This document shows positions 10,155-19,785 of a DNA stretch of 64,000 nucleotides, one piece after another. Under the pieces are notes generated by a model. The model worked only from the letters and a program-made list of their open reading frames with translations. It did no database searches and was not told where the DNA came from. Every line of letters starts with the position of its first letter. Positions within the stretch are counted from its first letter, which is position 1. This DNA is from Patescibacteria group bacterium (GTDB lineage Bacteria; Patescibacteriota; Minisyncoccia; Portnoybacterales; GWB1-42-6). Both the position numbers and the translations under genes were made by a program. Where the stretch lies: positions 127,591-191,590 of the forward strand of contig JAKLIA010000001.1 in assembly GCA_022709865.1 (NCBI GenBank), written 5' to 3'.

Positions 10155-10721
10155 ATGGAAGTTAAGGCAACATTAAGCGATATAAGAATGGCGCCAAGAA
10201 AAGTGAGATTGGCGGCTAACCTAATTAAAGGTATGAGTGCTACGCGCGCTCAGGCCCAGTTAGCGTTTCTGGTTAGAAAGCCGGCTACTTTCATCTTGAA
10301 GCTGGTTAGATCGGCCGTGGCTAACGCCAAGCAAAACTTTGATATTGCGGAAGATAACCTTTTTGTAAAAAGCATCGTGGTTGAAGGGGGAGCAACATTA
10401 AAACGTTGGATGCCTCGCGCTATGGGGCGGGCCAGCGCTATTCGGAAAAGGACTTGTTCAGTGAAATTAATTTTGGAAGAGATAAAGCCGGGTTCGGGCA
10501 AGAAAAAATCGTCTCCAAAAGTTGAGGTGCTAAAAGCTGACGAAGTTTTGCCGGAAAAACAAGAAAAAGGGAAGAAATTAGATGAGCAAGCTAAAGAAAG
10601 CAAGCCAAAAGGTGTGGCGCCGGAGAAACCGCATAATGCTTCCAGCGAGTCCAAACAGAAAAACTTTTCGCGGCAAACAATTGGTAATATTAAAAAAGTA
10701 TTTAGAAGGAAATCTATTTAA
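10155..10721 (+). CDS. rplV: 50S ribosomal protein L22 (with a Lys-rich C-terminal extension of about 70 aa)
   Basis: 188 aa; the N-terminal 115 aa match L22 (RMAPRKVRLAANLIKG...); the remainder is K/E-rich and low complexity. Confidence 0.93.
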   Translation: MEVKATLSDIRMAPRKVRLAANLIKGMSATRAQAQLAFLVRKPATFILKLVRSAVANAKQNFDIAEDNLFVKSIVVEGGATLKRWMPRAMGRASAIRKRTCSVKLILEEIKPGSGKKKSSPKVEVLKADEVLPEKQEKGKKLDEQAKESKPKGVAPEKPHNASSESKQKNFSRQTIGNIKKVFRRKSI

Positions 10722-10726
10722 AAAAT

Positions 10727-11404
10727 ATGGGACAAAAAGTTAATCCAGTCGCTTTCCGATTGGGAGGCACCCAAAATTGGCGATCGCGCTGGTTCACCAC
10801 AAAACGATATCAGGAGTTTTTGAAAGAGGATTATTTTATCCGGAACTTTTTGGCGACCAAGTTGATTAAAGCTGGCGTGGATAAAATTGAAATTGAACGC
10901 TCCAATAACTCTTTAGATGTTATAATCCAGGCGGCTCGGCCGGGCTTGATCATTGGCCGCGGGGGATCTGGCGTTGAGGACCTGAAAAAAGAAGTTAAAT
11001 CGCTTTTGGCCAAGAAATTAAAGAAGTCCATTAAAATGGACCTGCGTTTATCGGTTGAAGAAGTGAAAGACGCGGAAATCAGGGCAGCGGTCATTGGCCA
11101 AGGCATGGCTGAACAAATTGAAAAAAGAATGCCTTTTAGGCGCGTTTTAAAGCAAACTATTGAACGAGTATCTCAATCGCGGGATGTCCAGGGAGTTAAA
11201 ATAATGCTGGGTGGGCGGCTTGACGGCAACGAAATTGCCCGGAGAGAATGGTTGAAAAAAGGCAGCATTCCTTCCCAAACAATGAGAGCGGATATTGATT
11301 ATGCCCAGACCACGGCTTTCACCACTTACGGAACGATTGGCATTAAAGTTTGGGTTTTCAAAAAAGAAGATTTGAATAAGAAAAAAGAAGATAAAAAGAA
11401 CTAG
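10727..11404 (+). CDS. rpsC: 30S ribosomal protein S3
   Basis: 225 aa; [12 protein letters not shown] start with KH domain and IGRGG motif. Confidence 0.96.
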   Translation: MGQKVNPVAFRLGGTQNWRSRWFTTKRYQEFLKEDYFIRNFLATKLIKAGVDKIEIERSNNSLDVIIQAARPGLIIGRGGSGVEDLKKEVKSLLAKKLKKSIKMDLRLSVEEVKDAEIRAAVIGQGMAEQIEKRMPFRRVLKQTIERVSQSRDVQGVKIMLGGRLDGNEIARREWLKKGSIPSQTMRADIDYAQTTAFTTYGTIGIKVWVFKKEDLNKKKEDKKN

Positions 11405-11406
11405 TT

Positions 11407-11811
11407 ATGAATCCGAAAAAAGTAAAACATCGAAAATGGCAAAAAGGAAACTCTAGCGGCTTGTCCAAAGCTGGCAACGAGGTATCTTTTGGCGCCTTTG
11501 GCTTAAAGGCGATGGAAACCTGTTGGATGACCGGACGACAGATAGAAGCGGCCAGGCGAGCCATGACTAGATTTATTAAGCGCGGCGGAAAAGTTTGGTT
11601 GCGCATTTTCCCTGATAAACCGGTGACCAAAAAGGGTGCTGAAACTCCGATGGGCGGCGGAAAAGGCGCGGTGGAATATTACGTGACCGTGGTTAAGCCG
11701 GGCCGGATCTTATTTGAAATGGACGGCGTGAGCGAAGCGGATGCACGGGAAGCTTTTCGGTTGGCGGCGCATAAATTGCCGATCAAAACGAAGTTTATAG
11801 TGAAAAATTAA
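11407..11811 (+). CDS. rplP: 50S ribosomal protein L16
   Basis: 134 aa; [10 protein letters not shown] start and RMGGGKG motif. Confidence 0.96.
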   Translation: MNPKKVKHRKWQKGNSSGLSKAGNEVSFGAFGLKAMETCWMTGRQIEAARRAMTRFIKRGGKVWLRIFPDKPVTKKGAETPMGGGKGAVEYYVTVVKPGRILFEMDGVSEADAREAFRLAAHKLPIKTKFIVKN

Positions 11812-11824
11812 TCAGGAATATTTT

Positions 11825-12004
11825 ATGAAAGCCAAAGAATTAAAACAAAAGACCAACGGGGAGCTAGAATTGATGCTTAAAGAGAACCGGGAAAAACTCC
11901 GTTCTTTGCGCTTTGATCTGGCCAGCAAAAAATTAAAGAAAACGGATGAGCTGTCAAAGGTTAAAAGAGAAATTGCCAGGGTCTTAACGGTTTTAAAAAA
12001 ATAA
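11825..12004 (+). CDS. rpmC: 50S ribosomal protein L29
   Basis: 59-aa ORF MKAKELKQKTNGELELMLKENREKLRSLRFDLAS... It is missing from the ORF track because it is under 60 aa; its sequence and its position between rplP and rpsQ identify it. Confidence 0.9.
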   Translation: MKAKELKQKTNGELELMLKENREKLRSLRFDLASKKLKKTDELSKVKREIARVLTVLKK

Positions 12005-12019
12005 GTTTCCAGAAATTAA

Positions 12020-12262
12020 TTGAAAAATATGCCAAATAAACAATTAAAAGGAGTTGTCGTTTCCAATAAGATGCAAAAAACAGTGATCGTCGCAGTGACG
12101 CGTCTTAAAGAGCACAGCTTATATAAGAAAAAATATAAAGTCACGACTCGCTACAGCGCGCACGATGAAAAGAATGAATATCAGATAGGCGATAAAGTGA
12201 TAATTTCCGAAACCAGCCCGATTTCCAAGAATAAAAAATGGATAGTTACGCAAAAAGCATAA
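12020..12262 (+). CDS. rpsQ: 30S ribosomal protein S17 (the true start may be the internal Met at 12029)
   Basis: 80 aa; LKGVVVSNKMQKTVIVAV matches the S17 N-terminus. Confidence 0.93.
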   Translation: MKNMPNKQLKGVVVSNKMQKTVIVAVTRLKEHSLYKKKYKVTTRYSAHDEKNEYQIGDKVIISETSPISKNKKWIVTQKA

Positions 12263-12283
12263 ATTGATTTAATAAAAGAAGCT

Positions 12284-12649
12284 ATGATTCAACCACGTTC
12301 TATTTTAAAAGTAGCAGACAATAGCGGCGCTAAAATCGTTCGGTGTTTTAAGGTTTTAGGCGGAACCCGCCGGCGCTGGGCGCAGTTGGGCGATGTTGTT
12401 GTTTGTTCCGTTCAGACGGCTGAACCTCGCAAAGCGGTGAAAAAAGGGGATGTGGTCAAAGCGGTAATCATTAGGCAGCGGAATCCTTTTAGGCGGCACG
12501 ACGGTTCTTACATTAGGTTTGACGATAACGCGGTTGTTCTGGTTGATGGCTTGGAGCCAAAGGGTGGCCGGATCTTTGGGCCGGTAGCGCGCGAGTTAAG
12601 AAATAAAGGCTATACAACGATAATTTCATTAGCGCCGGAAGTAGTCTAA
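12284..12649 (+). CDS. rplN: 50S ribosomal protein L14
   Basis: 121 aa; [17 protein letters not shown] start. Confidence 0.97.
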   Translation: MIQPRSILKVADNSGAKIVRCFKVLGGTRRRWAQLGDVVVCSVQTAEPRKAVKKGDVVKAVIIRQRNPFRRHDGSYIRFDDNAVVLVDGLEPKGGRIFGPVARELRNKGYTTIISLAPEVV

Positions 12650-12685
12650 ACAAGAAACTATTAAGATCCGCAAGAATACAATTTT

Positions 12686-12991
12686 ATGAAAATCAGAAAA
12701 AATGACCAAGTTTTAATAATCTCAGGCAAAGATAAGGGCAAAAAAGGAAAAGTGCTCCAGGTTTTAAAGTTGGCCGAAAAGCTGGTCGTGGAGAATATTA
12801 ATATGGCTAAAAAATCGCGCAAACCCCGCAAGCAAGGGGAGAAAGGGCAGATAATCCAGGTTCCCCGACCTTTACATGTTTCCAATGTTAAGTTAATCTG
12901 TCCAAAGTGCGGTGAAGCTTCCCGATTGGGCTATAAAGCGACTGAGGCGGGGAAGTTTCGCATTTGCAAGAAATGCCAGCAGGAAATATAA
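12686..12991 (+). CDS. rplX: 50S ribosomal protein L24 with a C-terminal C4 zinc-ribbon extension
   Basis: 101 aa; KOW region (KIRKNDQVLIISGKDKGKKGKV) followed by CPKCGE...CKKCQ. Confidence 0.9.
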   Translation: MKIRKNDQVLIISGKDKGKKGKVLQVLKLAEKLVVENINMAKKSRKPRKQGEKGQIIQVPRPLHVSNVKLICPKCGEASRLGYKATEAGKFRICKKCQQEI

Positions 12992-13011
12992 ATTGGAGTT
13001 ATTGATCAGAT

Positions 13012-13596
13012 ATGAAAACAAACCGATTAAAAGAAAAATATTTGAAAGAAGCGGTTCCCGCGTTGCGGGCTAAGTTTGGTTTTAAAAATGATATGTCTGT
13101 GCCAAAGATAGTGAAAGTGACCATAAACTCTGGCGTGGGCAAGTTCAAACAGGACCAAAAACTGATCGATGAAGTGGCCAAGGATATAACTCAGATCGCG
13201 GGCCAAAAAGCGGTTTTCACTCAAGCCAAAAAAGCGATTGCGTCTTTTAAAACTCGCCAAGGGCAGATAGTAGGAGTTAAAGTTACTTTGCGCGGCAAAC
13301 GGATGTATGATTTTTTAGACCGGTTGATCAGTTTGGCCTTGCCGCGGACACGCGATTTTCGGGGCATTTCGCTCAGCGCAGTTGATAGCAATGGCAATTT
13401 GAACCTAGGCTTAAAAGAGCAAATAATTTTTCCTGAGATCTCCCATGACCAAGTGCAAATGATCTTTGGCCTGGAAATCTGCGTTACCACCACTGCTGCC
13501 AACGCTGCCGAAGGTTTGGAATTATTTAAATTATTGGGTTTTCCGATCAGCGCGGAGAAAAAAGAAAAAGAAATAAAAAAATCAAGTAAAAAATAA
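13012..13596 (+). CDS. rplE: 50S ribosomal protein L5
   Basis: 194 aa; L5 consensus (NRLKEKY..., [12 protein letters not shown]). Confidence 0.96.
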   Translation: MKTNRLKEKYLKEAVPALRAKFGFKNDMSVPKIVKVTINSGVGKFKQDQKLIDEVAKDITQIAGQKAVFTQAKKAIASFKTRQGQIVGVKVTLRGKRMYDFLDRLISLALPRTRDFRGISLSAVDSNGNLNLGLKEQIIFPEISHDQVQMIFGLEICVTTTAANAAEGLELFKLLGFPISAEKKEKEIKKSSKK

Positions 13597-13601
13597 TAAA
13601 T

Positions 13602-13787
13602 ATGGCTACTGAAGCTCAAATCGCAAAATCAAAAAAGAAACCGAAGTTCTCCAGCCGAAAAACCAGGCGTTGCTTTCGCTGTGGCCGCAAGCGTGGTTAT
13701 ATGAGAGCTTTTGATCTTTGCCGTATTTGCTTCAGGGAGATGGCTAACCGGGGAGAGATTCCGGGTATTAAAAAATCAAGTTGGTAA
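13602..13787 (+). CDS. rpsN: 30S ribosomal protein S14 type Z (zinc-binding)
   Basis: 61 aa with CFRCGRKRG...CRICFRE (CxxC...CxxC). Confidence 0.95.
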   Translation: MATEAQIAKSKKKPKFSSRKTRRCFRCGRKRGYMRAFDLCRICFREMANRGEIPGIKKSSW

Positions 13788-13796
13788 AATAAAATT

Positions 13797-14183
13797 ATGG
13801 ACCCAATAGCAGATTTGTTAATTAGAATAAAGAATGCGCAAGATGCTGGCCATGAAATGGCGGAAGCGCCTTTTTCGGGCATCAAATTATCGATAGCTAA
13901 GATCTTGGAAAAAGAAGGCTTTATTGGCGGAGCGGAGAAAAAAGGCATAAAAAACAAAGAAAAGCTGGAAATAAAATTAAAATATAACCAAGGCGTGGGC
14001 GCGATATCCGGCATTAAAAGAGTTAGTCGCCTCGGGCAAAGAGTTTATTCCCCAGCTTTAAAATTAAAACCGATCAAGCAGGGTTATGGGTTATCGATAG
14101 TTTCTACTTCCCAGGGATTAATGAGCGGCAAAGAAGCTAAAAAGAAAGGCATTGGCGGAGAAGTGCTTTGCGAACTTTGGTAA
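13797..14183 (+). CDS. rpsH: 30S ribosomal protein S8
   Basis: 128 aa; DPIADLLIRIKNA start. Confidence 0.96.
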   Translation: MDPIADLLIRIKNAQDAGHEMAEAPFSGIKLSIAKILEKEGFIGGAEKKGIKNKEKLEIKLKYNQGVGAISGIKRVSRLGQRVYSPALKLKPIKQGYGLSIVSTSQGLMSGKEAKKKGIGGEVLCELW

Positions 14184-14219
14184 AAAATAGGCTGAAAGGA
14201 AAATAAAGACAATAATTTT

Positions 14220-14765
14220 ATGAGTAAAATAGGAAAACAACCAATTGCAATACCAGAAGGCGTGACTGTCTCTATAGACGGCGATTTGGTCGTGGTTAAA
14301 GGGCCAAAAGGCGAATTGAAACGGCAATTAACTCGAGAGATAAAAGTGGAAGTAAAAGATAAAGAAGCTTTGGTTAATATTGCTAAGCAAACCAAGCGCA
14401 GCGCTGCTTTGTGGGGATTGAGCCGAATGCTGGTTTTTAATATGATTGAAGGCGTAAAAAATGGTTTTGAGAAAAAACTGGAGATCGAAGGCGTTGGTTA
14501 TAAAGTGGCCTTAAAAGGCAATGATTTAATTTTGAACCTGGGTTTTTCCCATCCGGTAGAGTTCAAAGCCGTGCCGGGCGTAGTTTTTAAAGTAGAAAAA
14601 AATATTATTTCAATTTCTGGTATCGATAAAGAGATAGTTGGGCAGACAGCGGCCAATATCAGAAAGATTAGAAAGCCAGAGCCTTATAAAGGCAAGGGTA
14701 TCCATTATTTGGGAGAAGTGATCAGAAGAAAGGCCGGAAAAAAAGCAGTTAAAAGCGGATTCTAA
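14220..14765 (+). CDS. rplF: 50S ribosomal protein L6
   Basis: 181 aa; SKIGKQPIAIPEGV start and duplicated L6 domains. Confidence 0.96.
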   Translation: MSKIGKQPIAIPEGVTVSIDGDLVVVKGPKGELKRQLTREIKVEVKDKEALVNIAKQTKRSAALWGLSRMLVFNMIEGVKNGFEKKLEIEGVGYKVALKGNDLILNLGFSHPVEFKAVPGVVFKVEKNIISISGIDKEIVGQTAANIRKIRKPEPYKGKGIHYLGEVIRRKAGKKAVKSGF

Positions 14766-14784
14766 TTTTGTTTAAATAAAAAGC

Positions 14785-15147
14785 ATGAAACAGGCAATTA
14801 AAATTAAAAGAACAAAAAAACAATTTCGGGCTAAGCGCATTCGGGCTAAGATTTCTGGCACCAGCGAGCGCCCGAGGCTTTGCGTTTTTCGCAGCAACAA
14901 ACATATCTACGGGCAGCTGATCAATGATGCCAAAAGCCAGACTCTGGCCAGCGCTAGCGATTTGGATCTGTCAAAAACCGGCAAGAAAACAAAAACAGAT
15001 CTGGCAAAAATGGTTGGCCAGGCTTTAGCTAAAAAAGCAGGAGAATTAAAGATCGAAAAAGCCATTTTTGATAAAGGGTCTTATAAATATCATGGAATCG
15101 TGAAATCTTTGGCCGATGGCGCCAGAGAAGGGGGATTAAAATTTTAA
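14785..15147 (+). CDS. rplR: 50S ribosomal protein L18
   Basis: 120 aa; [20 protein letters not shown] motif. Confidence 0.95.
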   Translation: MKQAIKIKRTKKQFRAKRIRAKISGTSERPRLCVFRSNKHIYGQLINDAKSQTLASASDLDLSKTGKKTKTDLAKMVGQALAKKAGELKIEKAIFDKGSYKYHGIVKSLADGAREGGLKF

Positions 15148-15161
15148 TTTAAATTATAAAT

Positions 15162-15644
15162 ATGCCAAAACCAATGGGTGGAAGACAAAGAGGCGGGCGA
15201 AGAAATGAGAAAGAAAAATCTGAGTTTGATCAGAAGGTTTTAGATATGGCGCGTGTGACGCGTGTGGTGGCGGGCGGCCGACGCTTCAGCTTCCGGGCGA
15301 CGGTGGGGCTGGGCAACAAAAAAGGCAAAATTGGCGTTGGCGTAGGCAAGGGATTAGATGTTTCTCAGGCTGTCGATAAGGCAGTGGCTGATGCCAAAAA
15401 GAATATGATAGTGGTAGCCTTGAAAGAAGCTTCGATCCCTCATCAGGTAGAAGCAAAATATGCCTCCGCCAGAGTTTTTTTGAAACCAGCGCCTAAAGGC
15501 AAGGGATTGGTGGCAGGCGGCGCAGTTAGAATAATTTGCGGCTTGGCTGGCATTGAAAACATTTGTGCCAAGATCATTAGCAAATCAACCAATAAATTAA
15601 ATAACGCGCGAGCTACGCTGGAAGCGCTGAAAAAATTAAAGTAA
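15162..15644 (+). CDS. rpsE: 30S ribosomal protein S5 (L30 is absent downstream)
   Basis: 160 aa; RVTRVVAGGRRFSFRATVGLGNKKGKIGVGVGK motif; the next gene is rplO with no rpmD between them. Confidence 0.96.
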   Translation: MPKPMGGRQRGGRRNEKEKSEFDQKVLDMARVTRVVAGGRRFSFRATVGLGNKKGKIGVGVGKGLDVSQAVDKAVADAKKNMIVVALKEASIPHQVEAKYASARVFLKPAPKGKGLVAGGAVRIICGLAGIENICAKIISKSTNKLNNARATLEALKKLK

Positions 15645-15660
15645 TCAGTTTTATACTTAT

Positions 15661-16092
15661 ATGCAGTTGCATCAAATTACTAAAAACAAATTTAATAAAG
15701 AGGCTAAACGTGTGGGCCGCGGCGGCAAGCGGGGCACTTTTTCCGGTCGGGGCGTGAAAGGACAAAAATCCCGATCCGGCCGAAAGCTGCGTCCGGAGTG
15801 GCGGGATGCGCTGAAAAGCTTGCCTAAGAAAAGAGGTTATAAGTTTAAGAGCATTCAAAATAAGCCCGTGATCTTGGATCTTCAAACTCTGGGCGCCGCT
15901 TTTAAGAGCGGAGAAATGGTAACAGTTGATATTTTATTGAAGAAAGGCTTGATTCCCAAGTCTAGCGGCCAGTGGCCGAAAGTAAAAATACTAGGCAAGG
16001 GCCCGGTAGCTAAAAAGCTGAACTTTAAAGGCTTCTCTTTTTCAGCTGGCGCCAAGGATGTTATTATTAAAGCGGGCGGAACAATAAAATAA
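15661..16092 (+). CDS. rplO: 50S ribosomal protein L15
   Basis: 143 aa; Gly/Arg-rich N-terminus RVGRGGKRGTFSGRG. Confidence 0.95.
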   Translation: MQLHQITKNKFNKEAKRVGRGGKRGTFSGRGVKGQKSRSGRKLRPEWRDALKSLPKKRGYKFKSIQNKPVILDLQTLGAAFKSGEMVTVDILLKKGLIPKSSGQWPKVKILGKGPVAKKLNFKGFSFSAGAKDVIIKAGGTIK

Positions 16093-16096
16093 ATAG

Positions 16097-17404
16097 TTGT
16101 TTTGCCTGTTAGCAAAAACCAATATGGGCTTTTGGCAAAAATTTCTTCAGATTTTCAAAGTAAAAGAACTCCGCAACAAAGTGTTATTTGTTCTGGCGGT
16201 TTTCGTTGTCTTCAGGCTAGTGGCTAATATTCCGGTGCCGGGAATCGATGCAGAAAGATTGAAATCTTTTTTTGACAGCAACCAGCTTTTTGGCTTGCTT
16301 AATATGTTCACCGGCGGCGCCATGAGCAATCTTTCGATCGCAATGCTAGGCATGGGGCCCTATATCACGGCGGTCATCATCATGCAGCTTTTAACCATGA
16401 TATTTCCGCGGCTAGAAGCTATCTATAAGGAAGAGGGCGAGGCTGGCCGGCAAAAGTTCAACCAATATGGCCGGCTATTAACCGTGCCGCTGGCTGCTTT
16501 GCAGGGCTACAGCATGATCATGCTGCTTCGCGCCCAGCAAGTTATTGGTGATCTAAGCGTATATCAATTAACGACAACTATTTTAGTGATTACGGCTGGC
16601 ACGATTTTTTTGATGTGGCTGGGAGAGTTGATATCGGAAAAAGGCATAGGCAATGGCGTTTCTCTCTTGATCTTTGCCGGCATTGTGGCGGCTTTTCCGA
16701 CTAGTTTGCGGCAGATGCTGCTTAATTGGGATCCGGCAAATATTCCTTCCTATGTCGCTTTCTTAGTGATTGCCCTAGTAGTCATTGTTGGTGTGGTGAT
16801 TATCACAGAGGGCCGGCGCAATATCCCGGTTTCTTATGCCAAGCGGGTGCGCGGCAATCGGGTGTATGGGGGCGTTTCAACTTATTTGCCGATGAATGTT
16901 AACCCGGCGGGCGTGATGCCGATCATCTTTGCTTTATCTTTTTTGCTGTTGCCGGGAATGATCGGGAGCTTTTTGGCTAACGTTCAAACAGCTTGGATCG
17001 CCACCGCGGCTAAGTTTATGCGCGATGTATTCCAAAGCGGCGAGCTTCTTTATACCGTGCTTTATTTTCTGTTGGTGGTGGTCTTTACCTATTTTTATAC
17101 GGCAATCACTTTTGACCCTAAGAACATTTCCACTAATTTGCAAAAAATGGGCGGGTTTATCCCTGGCATTAGGCCGGGCAAACCGACAACTGATTTTTTG
17201 AACTTTATTTTAAACCGCGTTTTGCTGGTGGGTGCAGTATTCTTGGGCATTATCGCCATTGCGCCAAGCATTGTTCAGGCGGGTACGGGCATTAGCGCTT
17301 TTCAAATTGGCGGCACTTCTATCTTGATTATGGTTTCGGTGGTGCTGGAAACTATTCGCCAAATCGAATCCCAATTAGTCATGAGGGACTACGAAGGTTT
17401 CTAG
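16097..17404 (+). CDS. secY: preprotein translocase SecY (the likely true start is the internal Met at 16124)
   Basis: 435 aa, ten TM segments; conserved NIPVPGID motif; position after rplO. Confidence 0.95.
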   Translation: MFCLLAKTNMGFWQKFLQIFKVKELRNKVLFVLAVFVVFRLVANIPVPGIDAERLKSFFDSNQLFGLLNMFTGGAMSNLSIAMLGMGPYITAVIIMQLLTMIFPRLEAIYKEEGEAGRQKFNQYGRLLTVPLAALQGYSMIMLLRAQQVIGDLSVYQLTTTILVITAGTIFLMWLGELISEKGIGNGVSLLIFAGIVAAFPTSLRQMLLNWDPANIPSYVAFLVIALVVIVGVVIITEGRRNIPVSYAKRVRGNRVYGGVSTYLPMNVNPAGVMPIIFALSFLLLPGMIGSFLANVQTAWIATAAKFMRDVFQSGELLYTVLYFLLVVVFTYFYTAITFDPKNISTNLQKMGGFIPGIRPGKPTTDFLNFILNRVLLVGAVFLGIIAIAPSIVQAGTGISAFQIGGTSILIMVSVVLETIRQIESQLVMRDYEGF

Positions 17405-17438
17405 AAATATTTTAATAGTAATATAAACTCGGAAACAT

Positions 17439-18104
17439 ATGGAACCGAAAGTTTATACACTACTCGGCCGCGCCGGATGCGGCAAAGGAACTCAGGCCAA
17501 ACTTTTAACAGATAAGTTTGGCTTAACTTATATTGGCAGCGGAGAGATATTAAGGGCGCTTAGCGGTCAGGAAAACTTTAACGGCAAAAAAATAAAAGAA
17601 GTCATTAGCCGCGGCCAGTTAGCGCCGACTTTTTTGATATTTCAGCAATGGGTGAATCGCTTGGGGGAATTGAAATTAGCTAGCAATAAAGATTTGGCCG
17701 GCATTTTATTTGATGGCAGCCCGCGAAAATTAGTTGAAGCGCAAATGATGGAAGAAGCGATTTTATGGTATGAATGGGATAAAAACTTTAAAGCGATCCT
17801 GGTTGATATCTCACGGGAGGAGGCCTTTAACCGCTTAACCAAGCGGCGGCAGTGCGTCAAATGCGGGCAATTGATTCCGTATGTTGGCGAATACAAAAAC
17901 TTAAAAGTTTGCGATAAATGCGGCGGGGAGCTGGTCACGCGCCAAGACGATACGCCCGAAGCTATCAATTTGCGGCTGGATCTTTTTGACCAAGAAGTTT
18001 TGCCGGTGATCAATTTTTTTGAAGCTAACGGCCGTTTATTAAGGATCAACGGTGAGCAGCCGATCGATAAAGTTTTTGAAGAGATTTTGAGCAAATTACA
18101 ATGA
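17439..18104 (+). CDS. adk: adenylate kinase with a zinc-binding LID (CxxC...CxxC)
   Basis: 221 aa; GRAGCGKGTQA P-loop; CVKCGQ...CDKCGG LID. Confidence 0.93.
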   Translation: MEPKVYTLLGRAGCGKGTQAKLLTDKFGLTYIGSGEILRALSGQENFNGKKIKEVISRGQLAPTFLIFQQWVNRLGELKLASNKDLAGILFDGSPRKLVEAQMMEEAILWYEWDKNFKAILVDISREEAFNRLTKRRQCVKCGQLIPYVGEYKNLKVCDKCGGELVTRQDDTPEAINLRLDLFDQEVLPVINFFEANGRLLRINGEQPIDKVFEEILSKLQ

Positions 18105-18901
18105 TAAAGATAAAAAACGAAATTGAAATAGAATTGATGCGCCAAGGTGGAAAAATCTTGGCGTCTGTTTTATTTGAGCTGTCAAAAAAAATAAAACCCG
18201 GCCTGACCACCAAAGAACTAGATGAATTAGCAGAAGAGCTTATTTATCAAAATGGCGCTTTGCCGGCCTTTAAAGGTTTTGATGGCTACCCAAACGCGCT
18301 TTGCACTTCGGTTAACAATGAAATAGTCCATGCCTTGCCTTCAAGCCGCAAGCTAAAAGAGGGCGATATTATCGGTTTGGACCTAGGCGTGCTTTGGCCG
18401 CCAGAGCATTGCGCTTCTTGCGCGATGGCTGGAGGCTGTGGCGGGCAGAAAGGCCTATACACGGATGCGGCTCTTACCGTAGCGGTGGGTAAAATTAGCC
18501 CGGAAGCAAAAAAATTAATGGAAGCAACTCGCGGTGCCTTGCAGGCGGGCCTAGACAAGATCAAGCCCGGCCGGAAACTCTTTGAGGTTTCAGCGGCAAT
18601 TGAAAAATATGCTAAGGGACAAGGCTTTGCCATTGTGCGCGAACTGATAGGGCACGGCGTAGGTTATGATCTGCACGAAGAGCCAGAAATCCCTAATTTT
18701 GTCAGCGCTTATTTTAAAGACATAACCTTAAAAGAAGGCATGACCTTGGCAGTTGAGCCGATGTTGTCGGCCGGCAGTTATAAAATAAAAAAATCAAAAG
18801 ACGGCTACGGCTACGAGACGGAAGACGGCTCTCTTTCGGCGCATTTTGAGCACACGGTAACGGTGACTAAAGGCGGGTATGAAATCTTGACGAAAAATTA
18901 A
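18101..18901 (+). CDS. map: methionine aminopeptidase type I with a Cys-rich insertion
   Basis: 266 aa; pita-bread fold motifs (GHGVG, metal-ligand D/H/E positions); extra segment LWPPEHCASCAMAGGCGGQKGLY inserted near the first metal-binding Asp loop; 4-nt overlap with adk. Confidence 0.9.
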   Translation: MIKIKNEIEIELMRQGGKILASVLFELSKKIKPGLTTKELDELAEELIYQNGALPAFKGFDGYPNALCTSVNNEIVHALPSSRKLKEGDIIGLDLGVLWPPEHCASCAMAGGCGGQKGLYTDAALTVAVGKISPEAKKLMEATRGALQAGLDKIKPGRKLFEVSAAIEKYAKGQGFAIVRELIGHGVGYDLHEEPEIPNFVSAYFKDITLKEGMTLAVEPMLSAGSYKIKKSKDGYGYETEDGSLSAHFEHTVTVTKGGYEILTKN

Positions 18902-18925
18902 AAAAGGAAAATTAAGGCTGCTTTG

Positions 18926-18950
18926 GCTCCCAAAAGAGCCTTTTTATTTT
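18926..18950 (+). terminator. weak intrinsic terminator after map (GGCTCC-CAAAA-GAGCC plus T-run)
   Basis: Short 5-bp GC stem followed by TTTTTATTTT. Confidence 0.35.
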
Positions 18951-18955
18951 GGCGC

Positions 18956-18966
18956 GGTTTTATGAT
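18956..18966 (+). promoter_or_regulatory. extended -10 element (TGATATAAT) upstream of the GT2 gene
   Basis: TGnTATAAT consensus read directly; no convincing -35. Confidence 0.35.
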
Positions 18967-19010
18967 ATAATCTAAGCACTTGGGAGGTTAATTATTTAAC
19001 GTTATTCTTT

Positions 19011-19781
19011 ATGGAAAATCAGCCGTATTTATCAGTAATTATTCCTGCTTATAATGAGGAAAAGCGTATTAGTAAAACTTTATTATCAGTTGATGCTTAT
19101 TTGTTAAAACAGTCTTTTGATTACGAAATCTTAGTGGTTTCGGACGGTTCAAGCGATAAAACCGCGGAAATTGTAAATAATTTCCAGAAAAGCATAAAAA
19201 ACTTAAAGCTGATAGATAATCAGGCAAACCATGGCAAAGGCTGGGTAACCCGCCAAGGGATGCTGACAGCCCTGGGCCAAGTCCGGCTTTTTATGGACGC
19301 GGACAACGCCACAACTCTGGACCATTTTGATAAAATGAAACAGTATTTTGATAACGGTTCCCAATTGGTTATTGGCTCTCGCGATCCAAAGGATGCTAAG
19401 GGCGCTAAACAAGCGGTATCGCAGCCGGGATTTAAACGCTTGTTAGGGAATATGGGAAATATTTTGATCCAAATATTTGCTGTTTGGGGAGTTTGGGATA
19501 CGCAGTGTGGCTTTAAGGCTTTTTCGGCTGAGGCTGCCAAAGCGGTTTTTTCTAAATCAAAAATTGACCGTTGGGGATTTGATATCGAAGCTTTGGCTTT
19601 GGCGCGGAAATTAAAATATAAAATAGATGTCGTCCCGGTTTATTGGATAAACGATCCAAACAGCAAAGTGAGTCTGAAAGGGTATCTGATGACTTTCAAG
19701 GAATTGTTTCAGGTCTGGTGGTGGCTAATTACCGATGCTTACGGGATCAGAAAAGCGAAAACTTTAAAATCTGAATTATAA
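19011..19781 (+). CDS. family 2 glycosyltransferase (dolichyl-phosphate sugar synthase-like)
   Basis: 256 aa; LSVIIPAYNEE N-terminus, VVSDGSSD (DxD-type) and GT-A fold motifs. Confidence 0.8.
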   Translation: MENQPYLSVIIPAYNEEKRISKTLLSVDAYLLKQSFDYEILVVSDGSSDKTAEIVNNFQKSIKNLKLIDNQANHGKGWVTRQGMLTALGQVRLFMDADNATTLDHFDKMKQYFDNGSQLVIGSRDPKDAKGAKQAVSQPGFKRLLGNMGNILIQIFAVWGVWDTQCGFKAFSAEAAKAVFSKSKIDRWGFDIEALALARKLKYKIDVVPVYWINDPNSKVSLKGYLMTFKELFQVWWWLITDAYGIRKAKTLKSEL

Positions 19782-19785
19782 TTTT

